From: Candidatus Palauibacter ramosifaciens
GTDB lineage: Bacteria > Gemmatimonadota > Gemmatimonadetes > Palauibacterales > Palauibacteraceae
Length of the DNA: 64,000 bases
Direction: 5' to 3'
Assembly: GCA_009845855.1 (NCBI GenBank)
Contig: VXYT01000040.1
Location: 24,367 to 88,366 of the forward strand
Below are positions 36,479 to 45,710 of this stretch, one piece after another. The position numbers and the translations under genes are program-made. The notes under the pieces are model-generated. The model saw nothing but the letters and a program-made list of their open reading frames with translations. It did not search any database and was not told the origin of the DNA. Every line of letters begins with the position of its first letter. Within the stretch, counting starts at the first letter, position 1.

Positions 36479-38200
36479 ATGAACCGCAGACTCCTTCGGG
36501 CGCTCCTTTTCGCCGCCGTCCTCGGATTCCCGCATGTTGCGACCGCGGCCGCTCAGGAACCGGCCTTCGATATCCTGCTGCGCGGCGGCCGCGTCCTGGA
36601 TGGCACGGGAAATCCATGGTTCCGCGCCGACGTGGGGATCCGCGGCGGGCGCATCGCCCGGGTCGGGGATCTGGCCGGCGCCGCCGCCGACCGCGTGATC
36701 GAACTCGCTGGCCGGTACGTCGTCCCCGGATTCATCGACATTCATTCGCACGCGGACCAGGGACTCGACGCGGAGGGAGACTCGGGAAGCGAAGGCGCGC
36801 GCCGCCGGGCCGCTCCCAACCTCGTGAGTCAGGGCATCACCACCGTCGTCATCAACCAGGACGGCGGGGGGCCGTGGCCGATCGCGGACCAGCGCGGGCG
36901 GCTCGAGTCCCGCGGGCACGGGCCCAACGCGGCACTCATGGTCGGGCACAACACGATCCGCCGCATGGCGCTCGGCAACGACTTCATGCGTCCGTCGACC
37001 CCGGCCGAGGTCGAGCGCATGACGGAGCTGGTGGAGCAGGGGATGGCCGAGGGCGCCTACGGCCTCAGCGCCGGGCTCGAGTACGTGCCGGGGATCTGGA
37101 GCGAGACATCCGAACTCTTTCCGCTCGTCGAGGCGGCGGGCCGGAGCGGCGGGATCTACATCGTGCACGAACGCAGTTCCGGCATGACGCCGATGTGGTT
37201 CTGGCCGAGCCAGGACGACCCCGGTCCTCCCACCATGATCCAGACCATCCTCGAGGATATCGAAGTCGCGGAGCGCACGGGCGTGACGACCGTAGCGACC
37301 CACATCAAGGCCCGGGGCGCGGACTTCTGGGGCGCAGGACGTGCCCTCGTGGACCTCATAGAACGGGCCCGCGCGCGCGGAGTCCCGATCTTCGCCGACC
37401 AGTACCCCTACAACACGACCGGGAGCGACGGGAACACCGTGCTCCTCCCCCGCTGGATCTTCCCCGGCGGCGGACCGGGCGCGCGTCCGGCCGGACAGGA
37501 AGCGGTCGACTACGCCGCCGTCCTGACGTACGTGCTTTCCGATCCCCAGCGCGGTGAACGCGTCCGCCTCGACATCGCGCACGAGATCAGCCGCCGCGGC
37601 GGGCCCGAGAACCTCGTCATCATGGACCACCCCGACGAGATGCTGGTGGGCAGGACGGTGGCGGAGCTGGCGGCCGAGTGGGATGCGTTCCCTGTCGAAG
37701 TTGCGATCCGGCTGCAATTGGAGGGCGACCGAGCGCGGCCCGGCGGGGCGCGCGTGCGCGGGTTCTCCCTCTCCGAGATCGATGTCGAGGAGTTTTCGGC
37801 CCATCCGTGGCTCGTGACAGCGTCCGATGCCGGCATCGCCCTCCCGGGCGACGGGCCGGTGCACGCGCGCTTCTACGGCACCTTCCCCCGCAAGATCAAG
37901 CGCTACGCGATGGATCTCGGCATCTTGTCCGCGGAGAGCGCGGTGCGCTCGATGACAAGTCTCCCGGCGCAGGTCATGGGGCTCCGCGACCGGGGTCTCA
38001 TCCGGGAAGGGCTGGTGGCGGACATCGCGGTGCTGGACCTGGGCGAACTCCAGGACAACGCGACCTTCTTCGAGCCGCACCAGTACCCGTCGGGTGTGGA
38101 CTACGTGCTGGTGGGCGGCACTTTTGTGGTCGACGACGGCGACTTGACGTGGGCACTGCCCGGCGCCGTCCTCACGCCGGAGGCGGATGATGAGAGCTGA
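36479..38200 (+). CDS. secreted N-acyl-D-amino-acid deacylase family (amidohydrolase 3)
   Basis: signal peptide; FDILLRGGRVLDGTG...VVPGFIDIHSHAD. Confidence 0.8.
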   Translation: MNRRLLRALLFAAVLGFPHVATAAAQEPAFDILLRGGRVLDGTGNPWFRADVGIRGGRIARVGDLAGAAADRVIELAGRYVVPGFIDIHSHADQGLDAEGDSGSEGARRRAAPNLVSQGITTVVINQDGGGPWPIADQRGRLESRGHGPNAALMVGHNTIRRMALGNDFMRPSTPAEVERMTELVEQGMAEGAYGLSAGLEYVPGIWSETSELFPLVEAAGRSGGIYIVHERSSGMTPMWFWPSQDDPGPPTMIQTILEDIEVAERTGVTTVATHIKARGADFWGAGRALVDLIERARARGVPIFADQYPYNTTGSDGNTVLLPRWIFPGGGPGARPAGQEAVDYAAVLTYVLSDPQRGERVRLDIAHEISRRGGPENLVIMDHPDEMLVGRTVAELAAEWDAFPVEVAIRLQLEGDRARPGGARVRGFSLSEIDVEEFSAHPWLVTASDAGIALPGDGPVHARFYGTFPRKIKRYAMDLGILSAESAVRSMTSLPAQVMGLRDRGLIREGLVADIAVLDLGELQDNATFFEPHQYPSGVDYVLVGGTFVVDDGDLTWALPGAVLTPEADDES

Positions 38201-38762
38201 ACGGATGGCGTGCGCGTCGAGTGTCGGCGCCCTCGTGGCGCTGATCGGGCTCGGGTGCGCCCCGGGCGACGATGCGTCCGCAGCGGCTGGCGGCTCGGCG
38301 GATCGCGACCCGGCCGCGAGCGGTGCCCCGGATGGGGTGCCCTCGGGGGCCAAGCCCGCGCCCGGCGACGCGTTTCGCACCCTGGACGGCGGCGAGGCCG
38401 GCTTTGAAGACCTGCGGGGCAACGTGGTCGTCGCGAACCTGTGGGGCACCTGGTGCCTCCCGTGCCGCGATGAGTTGCCGGAGCTCGTGGAGTTGGCCCG
38501 CATCTACGACGGCCGGCCGGTCGTCATCCTGGGACTCGCCGTCGATTCCGGCGACGTCGATGAGATCCGTGACTTCCTCGAGGATTTCGGCGTCGAATAC
38601 CCCAACTGGATGATCGGGATGGATGACGCCGTCGCCACCTTCGGGGCCGTCGGCTTCCCGACGACGGTGATGGTGGATCCGGAGGGCTGGATCCGAAAGG
38701 AACTCCTCGGCCCCCAGACCGCCGCATCCCTGACAGCCGAGATCGAAGCCCTCCTCCCCTGA
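38187..38762 (+). CDS. TlpA-like thiol:disulfide oxidoreductase (thioredoxin fold)
   Basis: WGTWCLPCRDELPEL CxxC motif; N-terminal signal/lipoprotein-like. Confidence 0.75.
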   Translation: MMRAERMACASSVGALVALIGLGCAPGDDASAAAGGSADRDPAASGAPDGVPSGAKPAPGDAFRTLDGGEAGFEDLRGNVVVANLWGTWCLPCRDELPELVELARIYDGRPVVILGLAVDSGDVDEIRDFLEDFGVEYPNWMIGMDDAVATFGAVGFPTTVMVDPEGWIRKELLGPQTAASLTAEIEALLP

Positions 38763-38805
38763 CGGCCCCGGTGCCGGCGTGCTGCGTACAGCGCGTCACG
38801 TGCGG

Positions 38806-40578
38806 CTAGGCGAGTTGCTGGCCCTCGTAGAGGCGGGCGTAGAGTTCGCAGCGATCGATGAGGGCGTCATGCGGACCGCTGTCCGCGAGCCGTCCCCGAT
38901 CCAGGACGAAGAGCCGGTCGGCGCGCCGCACCGTGCGCAGGCGGTGGGCGATGATGACGGTGGTCCGCCCGGCGGAGGCGAGTTGTAGCGCCTCTTCGAC
39001 CAGCGCCTCGCTCTCGGCGTCCAGGCCGCTCGTCGCCTCGTCCAGAATGAGGATCTCCGGTTCCTTGAGGAGGACACGGGCGATCGCGATCCGCTGACGC
39101 TGCCCGCCGGAGAGCCGGACTCCCCGCTCGCCGACCCGCGTGTCGTAGCCGTCCGGAAGCCGCTCGATGAACTCGCGCGCGTGTGCCGCCTCCGCCGCCG
39201 CCTCGATCGCCGGACGGTCCGCCCCCGCCCGTCCGTAGGCGATGTTCTCCGCGATCGTGCCGGCGAAGAGCGGGTGGTCCTGCGGCACGATGCCGACCTG
39301 CGATCGCAGCTCCGCCACGCCGCAGGCCCGTACGTCGGTCCCGCGCACGCGCACGCGTCCCTCGGTCGCATCCCAGAAGCGAGGGATGAGCGACGCGAAG
39401 GTCGTCTTTCCGGCGCCGCTCGGCCCGACGAGGGCGACCACCTCGCCCGGGGCGACCGTCACGTCGATCCCCTCCAGGGCCCACGGTTCGTCCTCGCCGT
39501 AGCGGAACGAGACGCCCTCGAAGGCGATCTCCGGCGGTCCCGCTCCCGCGAGGGATTCCGGGGTTTCGGGGTCCGTGATCTCGCTGTCCATGTCGAGGAG
39601 GTCGAACACCCGGCGCGCGGCGCCCTGTGCCTCCTGGTAGCTGCCCCACAGCGACGCGAGCGCCATGATCGCCGCCGCCACGGAGAAGGCGTAGAGGAGG
39701 AACGACACCAGCTGTCCGGCCGTGATCTGGGCCGCGAGCACGAGCCGCCCGCCCTGCCACAGGACGGCCACGATGCCGCCGAAGGCGACCACCGTGAGCA
39801 CGCCGAAGAGGACCGCCCGCACCACCGCCCGCGAGAGCGCCGCCTCGAGGGCCGCGGCGATGCCGGCCCGGTAGCGGGCCGCTTCCCACTCCTCCCGCAC
39901 GAATCCCTGCACGACCTCGATCTGGCCGAAAGCCTCGTCCGCGACCGCGTGCGCGGCGGCGAGACGGTCCTGCACCTCTGTGCTCCGCCGCCGCAGGAGG
40001 CGGCCGAGCGCGAAGCCGGCGAGGACGACCACGGGGGCGACGGTCAGCGTCGTCAGCATCAGCTGCCAGTGAAGCAGCGTGAGCAGGATCGCCGCGCCGA
40101 CGAGGAAGAGCACCTGCCGCACGAGCTCGGCGATCTGGTGCCCCATGATCTGCTGGAGCGTCGAGCAGTCGGAGGCCAGCCTCGACGTGAGTTCGCCGCT
40201 CGTGCGGCCCGCGTGGAAGCCTGGCGAGAGTCCGACCAGCCTGGAGAAGAGTTCGTCGCGCAATTGCGTTACGACCCGCTCGCCCGTCGCCCCCAGCCAG
40301 TACGTCTCTCCGAAGTTGAACACGCCCTGGAGGGCGAAGAGTCCCAGCAGTCCCAGGGCGATCGCACCCAGGAGGGCGGGGTCCCCCTCGCCGAAGGCCG
40401 CGTCCATCAGGTAGCGGACGATGAGGGGGAAGGCGAGCCCGATCGCGGTGCTGAAGAGCAGGCAGATCCCGGCCCCGACGAGCGCCGGCCTGTGGGCCCG
40501 CAGTCTGGGGGCGAGCCGCCGGAGGGCGAACATCGAAATGCGTGCTCCGGAGTCCGACATCGCGCTTGGCCTCTCCAC
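38806..40578 (-). CDS. ABC transporter permease/ATP-binding protein (MsbA-like exporter)
   Basis: 6-TM domain plus Walker A GPSGAGKTT, LSGGQRQR signature, Walker B ILILDEATS. Confidence 0.85.
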   Translation of the reverse strand: MERPSAMSDSGARISMFALRRLAPRLRAHRPALVGAGICLLFSTAIGLAFPLIVRYLMDAAFGEGDPALLGAIALGLLGLFALQGVFNFGETYWLGATGERVVTQLRDELFSRLVGLSPGFHAGRTSGELTSRLASDCSTLQQIMGHQIAELVRQVLFLVGAAILLTLLHWQLMLTTLTVAPVVVLAGFALGRLLRRRSTEVQDRLAAAHAVADEAFGQIEVVQGFVREEWEAARYRAGIAAALEAALSRAVVRAVLFGVLTVVAFGGIVAVLWQGGRLVLAAQITAGQLVSFLLYAFSVAAAIMALASLWGSYQEAQGAARRVFDLLDMDSEITDPETPESLAGAGPPEIAFEGVSFRYGEDEPWALEGIDVTVAPGEVVALVGPSGAGKTTFASLIPRFWDATEGRVRVRGTDVRACGVAELRSQVGIVPQDHPLFAGTIAENIAYGRAGADRPAIEAAAEAAHAREFIERLPDGYDTRVGERGVRLSGGQRQRIAIARVLLKEPEILILDEATSGLDAESEALVEEALQLASAGRTTVIIAHRLRTVRRADRLFVLDRGRLADSGPHDALIDRCELYARLYEGQQLA

Positions 40579-40672
40579 CGTCCCCGTCTATCTTCCGCGC
40601 CCCGGTGACTCCGGGAGGGACCGAAGTTCGCACGGATCGCGAAACCGGCGCAAACGCACCCCGGAACCCCTC

Positions 40673-41800
40673 ATGCCATCGCCTCCTCTCCAGAGCGAAT
40701 CGCGGCGCCACGCCCGGATCATCGCGGCCTGGCTCCTCCTCGGCTGCGCGCTCGTCGCGGCGACCCTCGTCGTCGGAGGCGTGACCCGCCTGACCGGATC
40801 AGGCCTCTCGATGGTCGACTGGGAGCCGGTGAGCGGCGTCGTTCCCCCGTTGAGCGCCGAGGAGTGGGAGCGCGAGTTCGCCGCTTATCGGGACTCGCCG
40901 GAATACCGACTCGTGAACCGCGGGATGTCGCTGGCCGAGTTCAAGCGCATCTTCTGGTTCGAGTACGCGCACCGGATGCTGGGGCGCGTGATCGGCCTCG
41001 TCTTCATCATCCCCTTCGCGGTCTTCCTCCTGCGGCGGATGATTCCCCGATCCCTTATCCCCCGCCTTCTGCTCCTGTTCGCGCTGGGTGGCGCGCAGGG
41101 GCTGCTCGGCTGGTGGATGGTGCGGAGCGGACTCGTCGACATCCCTCGCGTGAGCCCCTACCGGCTGACCGCGCACCTCGCGCTCGCCGTCCTCGTCTAC
41201 GCCCTCACGCTGTGGACCGCGCTCTCGTTGCTGCGCCCCGGCGTGGGAGACGGCGTGGGAGGCGGGGCGGGAGACGGCGACCCGGGATCCGGGCGGGGCG
41301 CCGGCCTTCGACGGGGGTCGGCCGTCGTGCTCGGGCTCGCCGCGCTCACCCTGCTGTCAGGGGGCTTCGTCGCGGGCCTGGACGCGGGGCTCATCTACAA
41401 CACGTTCCCGAAAATGGGGAACGGCTGGATTCCCCCCGACCTCTTCGGGGCGACCCCCTGGTGGCTGAGCCCCTTCGAGGACCGGACGACGGCGCAGTTC
41501 AACCACCGCATCCTCGCCATCGTACTGCTCGCGGGCGTCACGGCGCACTGGTGGGCCTGCGCTCGCCGCGCTCCGGCGCCCGCACGAACGTGGGCGCACG
41601 CGGGCTTCGCGGCGGCATGGGCGCAGGCCGCGCTCGGGGTCGCGACGCTGCTGCTCTTCGTCCCCATCTCGCTGGCGGCGCTCCACCAGGCGAACGCGCT
41701 CGTCCTCTTCACCGCGCTCCTGGGCGTGACCTTCGAACTCGGCGCTAAACCGCCTCGAGCAGCGCCACGTGGCCGAGGCCGCCCGCGGCGCACACGCTGA
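40673..41800 (+). CDS. ctaA: heme A synthase (COX15/CtaA family)
   Basis: multi-TM with conserved His; VDWEPVSGVVPPLSAEEW...FWFEYAHR. Confidence 0.75.
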   Translation: MPSPPLQSESRRHARIIAAWLLLGCALVAATLVVGGVTRLTGSGLSMVDWEPVSGVVPPLSAEEWEREFAAYRDSPEYRLVNRGMSLAEFKRIFWFEYAHRMLGRVIGLVFIIPFAVFLLRRMIPRSLIPRLLLLFALGGAQGLLGWWMVRSGLVDIPRVSPYRLTAHLALAVLVYALTLWTALSLLRPGVGDGVGGGAGDGDPGSGRGAGLRRGSAVVLGLAALTLLSGGFVAGLDAGLIYNTFPKMGNGWIPPDLFGATPWWLSPFEDRTTAQFNHRILAIVLLAGVTAHWWACARRAPAPARTWAHAGFAAAWAQAALGVATLLLFVPISLAALHQANALVLFTALLGVTFELGAKPPRAAPRGRGRPRRTR

Positions 41801-43043
41801 CGATCGCGCGGGTGCCTGCGGGGTGCCCCGCGAGTTCGAGTACCGCCTGGCAGAGGATGCGCGCTCCGGTGGCGCCGAAGGGGTGTCCGAGCGCGACGCT
41901 GCCGCCGTTGGGGTTGATCCGGTCGCGCGGGAAAGAGCCGAGACCGTCCTTCGCGGAGGAGCGCGCGGCGAGCCACTCCGGATCTTCGAGCGCCGCGATC
42001 GTGCACAGGACCTGCGCTGCGAACGCCTCGTGGAACTCCCACAGCCCGATGTCCTCGAGCGTCAGTCCATGGCGGTGCAGCAGTTCGGCGATCGCGAGGG
42101 CCGGGGCGATGAGGAGCCCCTCCCGGTCCGGGTCGATCGCGGCCTGCCGCCAGTCCAGCAGGCGCGCCCGGGGGAGGGAGTCGGGGAGCAGGGAGAGCCC
42201 GGCCGCGGACGCGACCCAGCACGCGGCGGCGCCGTCCGTGAGCGGGGTCGAGTTACCCGCCGTGAGCGTCCCCCCGGAGCGGGAGAAGGCGGGGCGGAGG
42301 CCCGCGAGCTTCTCCAGCGACGTGCCGGGGCGCGGGAGGGTGTCGCGGTCGATCGGGAAGGTGCCGGGCGTGACAAGCAGTGGCCGGAAGAAGGCTCCCT
42401 CATCCCGGGTGGCGCCTTCGTGACTCGCGAGCGCAAAGCGGTCCTGGGCCTCACGCGAGATGTCCCATTCACGGGCCATCTCCTCGGCGTGCCGTCCCAT
42501 CGTCTTTCCCGTCGTGCGCTCCTTCACCGCGGGGGCCGAGATGCGAAGGTCGCGGGGACGAATCCCCGCCAGCGTCCGCGCCATGCGCGGCGGGCTGCCC
42601 GCGCTCCCGGCGCGCCGGATGGTGCGGCTGAGTCCCGGCGAGAGTCCGATCTGCGTGTGGCTCATCGACTCCACGCCGCCGCAGAGCACGAGATCGGCCC
42701 GCCCTGCCGCAATCTGGCCCGCGCCGTGAGTGGCGGCGGCGAGCGAAGTGGCGCACGCCTGAACGATCCCCTGAGCCGGGACGCTCGCGTCGAGTCCCGC
42801 CTCGAACCAGACTTCCCGGCCCCAGTTGCTCACCGTGAGCGAGGGGATGACCGCGCCCCACAGGAAGAGGTCGATCCTGCCTGCCGCGTCCCGGCCCGGG
42901 CCCCCGTCGCCCGCGACTGTCTGCTGGATCACCGGGGCGGAAAGCGCCAGACCGTTGAAGCGCGACAGTTCCCGGTCGATCTTCGCGAACGGACTGCGGA
43001 GGCCGGGCAGGACGAAAGCGGATCCGGAGCTCATGCGTGGCAT
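41745..43043 (-). CDS. acetyl-CoA C-acyltransferase (thiolase)
   Basis: active-site CATSL, GHPFGATGAR, CAAGGLG. Confidence 0.85.
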   Translation of the reverse strand: MPRMSSGSAFVLPGLRSPFAKIDRELSRFNGLALSAPVIQQTVAGDGGPGRDAAGRIDLFLWGAVIPSLTVSNWGREVWFEAGLDASVPAQGIVQACATSLAAATHGAGQIAAGRADLVLCGGVESMSHTQIGLSPGLSRTIRRAGSAGSPPRMARTLAGIRPRDLRISAPAVKERTTGKTMGRHAEEMAREWDISREAQDRFALASHEGATRDEGAFFRPLLVTPGTFPIDRDTLPRPGTSLEKLAGLRPAFSRSGGTLTAGNSTPLTDGAAACWVASAAGLSLLPDSLPRARLLDWRQAAIDPDREGLLIAPALAIAELLHRHGLTLEDIGLWEFHEAFAAQVLCTIAALEDPEWLAARSSAKDGLGSFPRDRINPNGGSVALGHPFGATGARILCQAVLELAGHPAGTRAIVSVCAAGGLGHVALLEAV

Positions 43044-43147
43044 CCTATCGGTCGTCCATCCAAGATGGAACGATCCACGGCCTGCCCGGGCTTCGGCGCG
43101 CAGGGCGCGGAGAGTTCGGCGGTTTCTCCGAGGAAGAGGAGCGCAGA

Positions 43148-44623
43148 TTGACGGTACGGGTGCGGTTCGCCCCCAGTCCCACCGGTTTCCTGCACGTGGG
43201 CGGCGCGCGCACGGCGCTGTTCAACTGGCTGTATGCCCGCCGCGCGGGCGGGACATTCCTCCTGCGCGTGGAGGACACGGACCGGGCGCGTTCCCGCCCC
43301 GAGCACACGCGGGCCATCCTGGAGGGACTCGCATGGCTGGGGCTGGACGTGGACGAGGGGCCGGTCTTCCAGGCGGACGGCGTCGAGCGGCACCGCCGCG
43401 ATGCCCTGAACCTGCTCCGGCAGGGCGCCGCCTACCGGTGTTTCTGCACGGCAGAGGAACTGACGGCGCGCCGCGAGGAGGCGAAGCGGGCCGGGTCGGG
43501 GTACGGGTACGATGGCCGTTGCGGCCGCCTGGATCCCTCGGTTTCGCGGGCGCGGGCCGACGCCGGGGAGCCGTTCGCGCTCCGTGTACGGGTGCCGGAG
43601 GAGGCGATCGAGTGGGAGGACATGATCCACGGGCCGATGTCGTTCCCCACCGGTTCGATCGACGACTTCATCGTCCTTCGCTCCGACGAGACACCCGTCT
43701 ACAATCTCGCCGTGGTCTCCGATGATGCGGAGGCCGGGATTACGCACGTGATCCGCGGGGACGACCACCTCTCGAACACGCCGAAGCAGATCCTCCTCTA
43801 CCGGGCCCTCGGCCGACCGCTCCCCGTCTTCGGGCACGTGCCGCTGATCCTCGGGCCGGACGGCAAGCGGCTCTCGAAGCGCCATGGCGCGCTGTCGGTG
43901 CTCGCGTATCGCGACGACGGGTACCTGCCCGAGGGGATGGTGAACTTCCTCGCCCTCCTCGGCTGGTCGCCGGGGGATGACCGGGAGGTGTTCGATGCCG
44001 GAGGCCTGATCGAGGCGTTTTCCATCGGTCGCGTGCTGAAGAAGAGCGCGGTGTTCGACCTGGAAAAGCTCGGCTGGCTGAACGGGCGCCACATCGCCGA
44101 CGCTCCGGCGGCCGACCTGGCTGCGGCGGTGGTCGGGATTCTCGGCCGGGAGGCGCATGAGGAGGGGGGGGATCCGGCGGGCGACCACCCCGGACTCGAA
44201 GCCTCGCCGGAGCGTCTGGCGCGGATCATCGATCTCGTGAAGGGTCGCCCCCGAACGCTTCCCGCCCTTGCGCGGCAGGTGTCTCCCTTCTTCGCTGCGA
44301 GCGTCGCCTACGACGGAGACGCGGTGAAGCGTTTCTGGAAGCGCCCGGAGGAGACGGCGTTCCATCTGCGGCGCCTGGAGGAGCGTCTCGCCGGCGAGGC
44401 GGTCTTCCGCGACGTGGAGACACTGGAGTCCGAGGTGCGGGGTCTCGCGGCGGAACTCGAGGTCGGCGCGGGGCGGATCATCAACCCCCTCCGCGTCGCC
44501 CTCATGGGCCAGGGCGTGAGCCCCGGCATCTTCGACGTCCTCGAGGCGATGGGGCGGGAGCGGACCCTGACCCGGATTGGCGCGGCGGTGCGTTTTCTCG
44601 ATGCCCGGGTGATGACGGCGTGA
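43148..44623 (+). CDS. gltX: glutamate--tRNA ligase (TTG start)
   Basis: VRVRFAPSPTGFLHVGGART (HIGH region), LSKRHGA (KMSKS-like). Confidence 0.85.
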   Translation: MTVRVRFAPSPTGFLHVGGARTALFNWLYARRAGGTFLLRVEDTDRARSRPEHTRAILEGLAWLGLDVDEGPVFQADGVERHRRDALNLLRQGAAYRCFCTAEELTARREEAKRAGSGYGYDGRCGRLDPSVSRARADAGEPFALRVRVPEEAIEWEDMIHGPMSFPTGSIDDFIVLRSDETPVYNLAVVSDDAEAGITHVIRGDDHLSNTPKQILLYRALGRPLPVFGHVPLILGPDGKRLSKRHGALSVLAYRDDGYLPEGMVNFLALLGWSPGDDREVFDAGGLIEAFSIGRVLKKSAVFDLEKLGWLNGRHIADAPAADLAAAVVGILGREAHEEGGDPAGDHPGLEASPERLARIIDLVKGRPRTLPALARQVSPFFAASVAYDGDAVKRFWKRPEETAFHLRRLEERLAGEAVFRDVETLESEVRGLAAELEVGAGRIINPLRVALMGQGVSPGIFDVLEAMGRERTLTRIGAAVRFLDARVMTA

Positions 44624-45087
44624 ACTCGACGTGGCCGGCCGAGCACGAGGCGCCGATGCGGCGGGCGCTCGAACTCGCGGCCCTCGGGGGTGAGCGCGGA
44701 GAGGTGCCTGTCGGCGCCCTCGTCACGGACCCCGAGGGCGGGATCGTCGCGGAGGCGCACAACCGCACGCGCGCCGACGCCGACCCTACGTCCCACGCGG
44801 AGGTTCTGGCGTTGCGCGCCGCCGCCGCCCGCCTGGGGGACTGGCGCCTCGAGGGACACACCCTGTACGCGACGCTCGAGCCGTGCGCGATGTGCGCCGG
44901 TGCCGCGGTCCTCGCGCGCGTCCGCACCGTGGTGTTCGGGGCCGCCGACCCGAAGGCCGGGATGTGCGGGTCGGTCGAGAATCTCGTCTGCCACCCGCGG
45001 CTGAACCATCGGGTGGAACTCGTGAGCGGCGTGTTCGCCGACGAATCCGCGCGTCTCCTGCGGGACTTCTTCCGCCAGCGGCGCTAG
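44620..45087 (+). CDS. tadA: tRNA-specific adenosine deaminase
   Basis: HAEVLALR...PCAMCAGA zinc-binding CMP/dCMP deaminase motifs; GTGA overlap with gltX. Confidence 0.85.
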   Translation: MNSTWPAEHEAPMRRALELAALGGERGEVPVGALVTDPEGGIVAEAHNRTRADADPTSHAEVLALRAAAARLGDWRLEGHTLYATLEPCAMCAGAAVLARVRTVVFGAADPKAGMCGSVENLVCHPRLNHRVELVSGVFADESARLLRDFFRQRR

Positions 45088-45088
45088 C

Positions 45089-45532
45089 TCAGCCTCGCGG
45101 GGCCGCGGGCTCGTCGTCGTCGCACACCGCGCACGCGTTCGCGTCGGCCTGGCAGATACGGGCACCCTGCAGAAGAGCACCCGCGAGGACGAGGCTGCCG
45201 GCGGTCGACGTCGCAGTCTCGGGCAGCGGCTCGAGCCAGCCGGCGAGCGAGGTAGCCCAGAACGCGGCCCCTCCCGCAAAGGCAAGGATCACCGCCGCGT
45301 TCCTGCCGGCTGGGCCCAGGAAGAGCATGACTGCCCCGAGAACGACGGTCCCGACCAGAAACGCTCGTTCCACGCCTTCGGAGAGGGCGAGCGCGGGCGC
45401 CACCGCGACGAGAATCGGTGTCATTGCACAATGCACGCCACACCAGGCCGCGGCGCACCCCGCCAGGCGCGATCCGGAGACCAGATACCCGCCGGGCGGG
45501 ATGGCGGCAAAAGTTGCAATAGGGGTCTTCAT
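45089..45532 (-). CDS. membrane protein with paired-cysteine motifs
   Basis: 4 hydrophobic segments; GCAAAWCGVHC and CQADANACAVC. Confidence 0.45.
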   Translation of the reverse strand: MKTPIATFAAIPPGGYLVSGSRLAGCAAAWCGVHCAMTPILVAVAPALALSEGVERAFLVGTVVLGAVMLFLGPAGRNAAVILAFAGGAAFWATSLAGWLEPLPETATSTAGSLVLAGALLQGARICQADANACAVCDDDEPAAPRG

Positions 45533-45710
45533 GATTCCGAGTCAACGCCGGGAGCGAGAGTCAACGCCGGGAGCGAAGAGAGCAGAGCGTGAACGCCGAG
45601 GGCGTAATGATAATCGATTCTCACTTCCGTGTCACGAAAATCACGCGCGGCCTCGGGAGAACCACGCGCGGTCCCGGGATGATCCGGGCAGGCGCGAGAC
45701 GGCGGCGCGG

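Noticed and set aside
36350-38503. 717-aa - strand ORF
   Set aside because: Antisense to the D-aminoacylase and TlpA genes, which have clear motifs.
38867-40711. 614-aa - strand ORF
   Set aside because: Alternative frame of the ABC exporter; Walker motifs are in the 38806-40578 frame.
43031-44365. 444-aa - strand ORF
   Set aside because: Antisense to gltX (HIGH and KMSKS motifs on the + strand).
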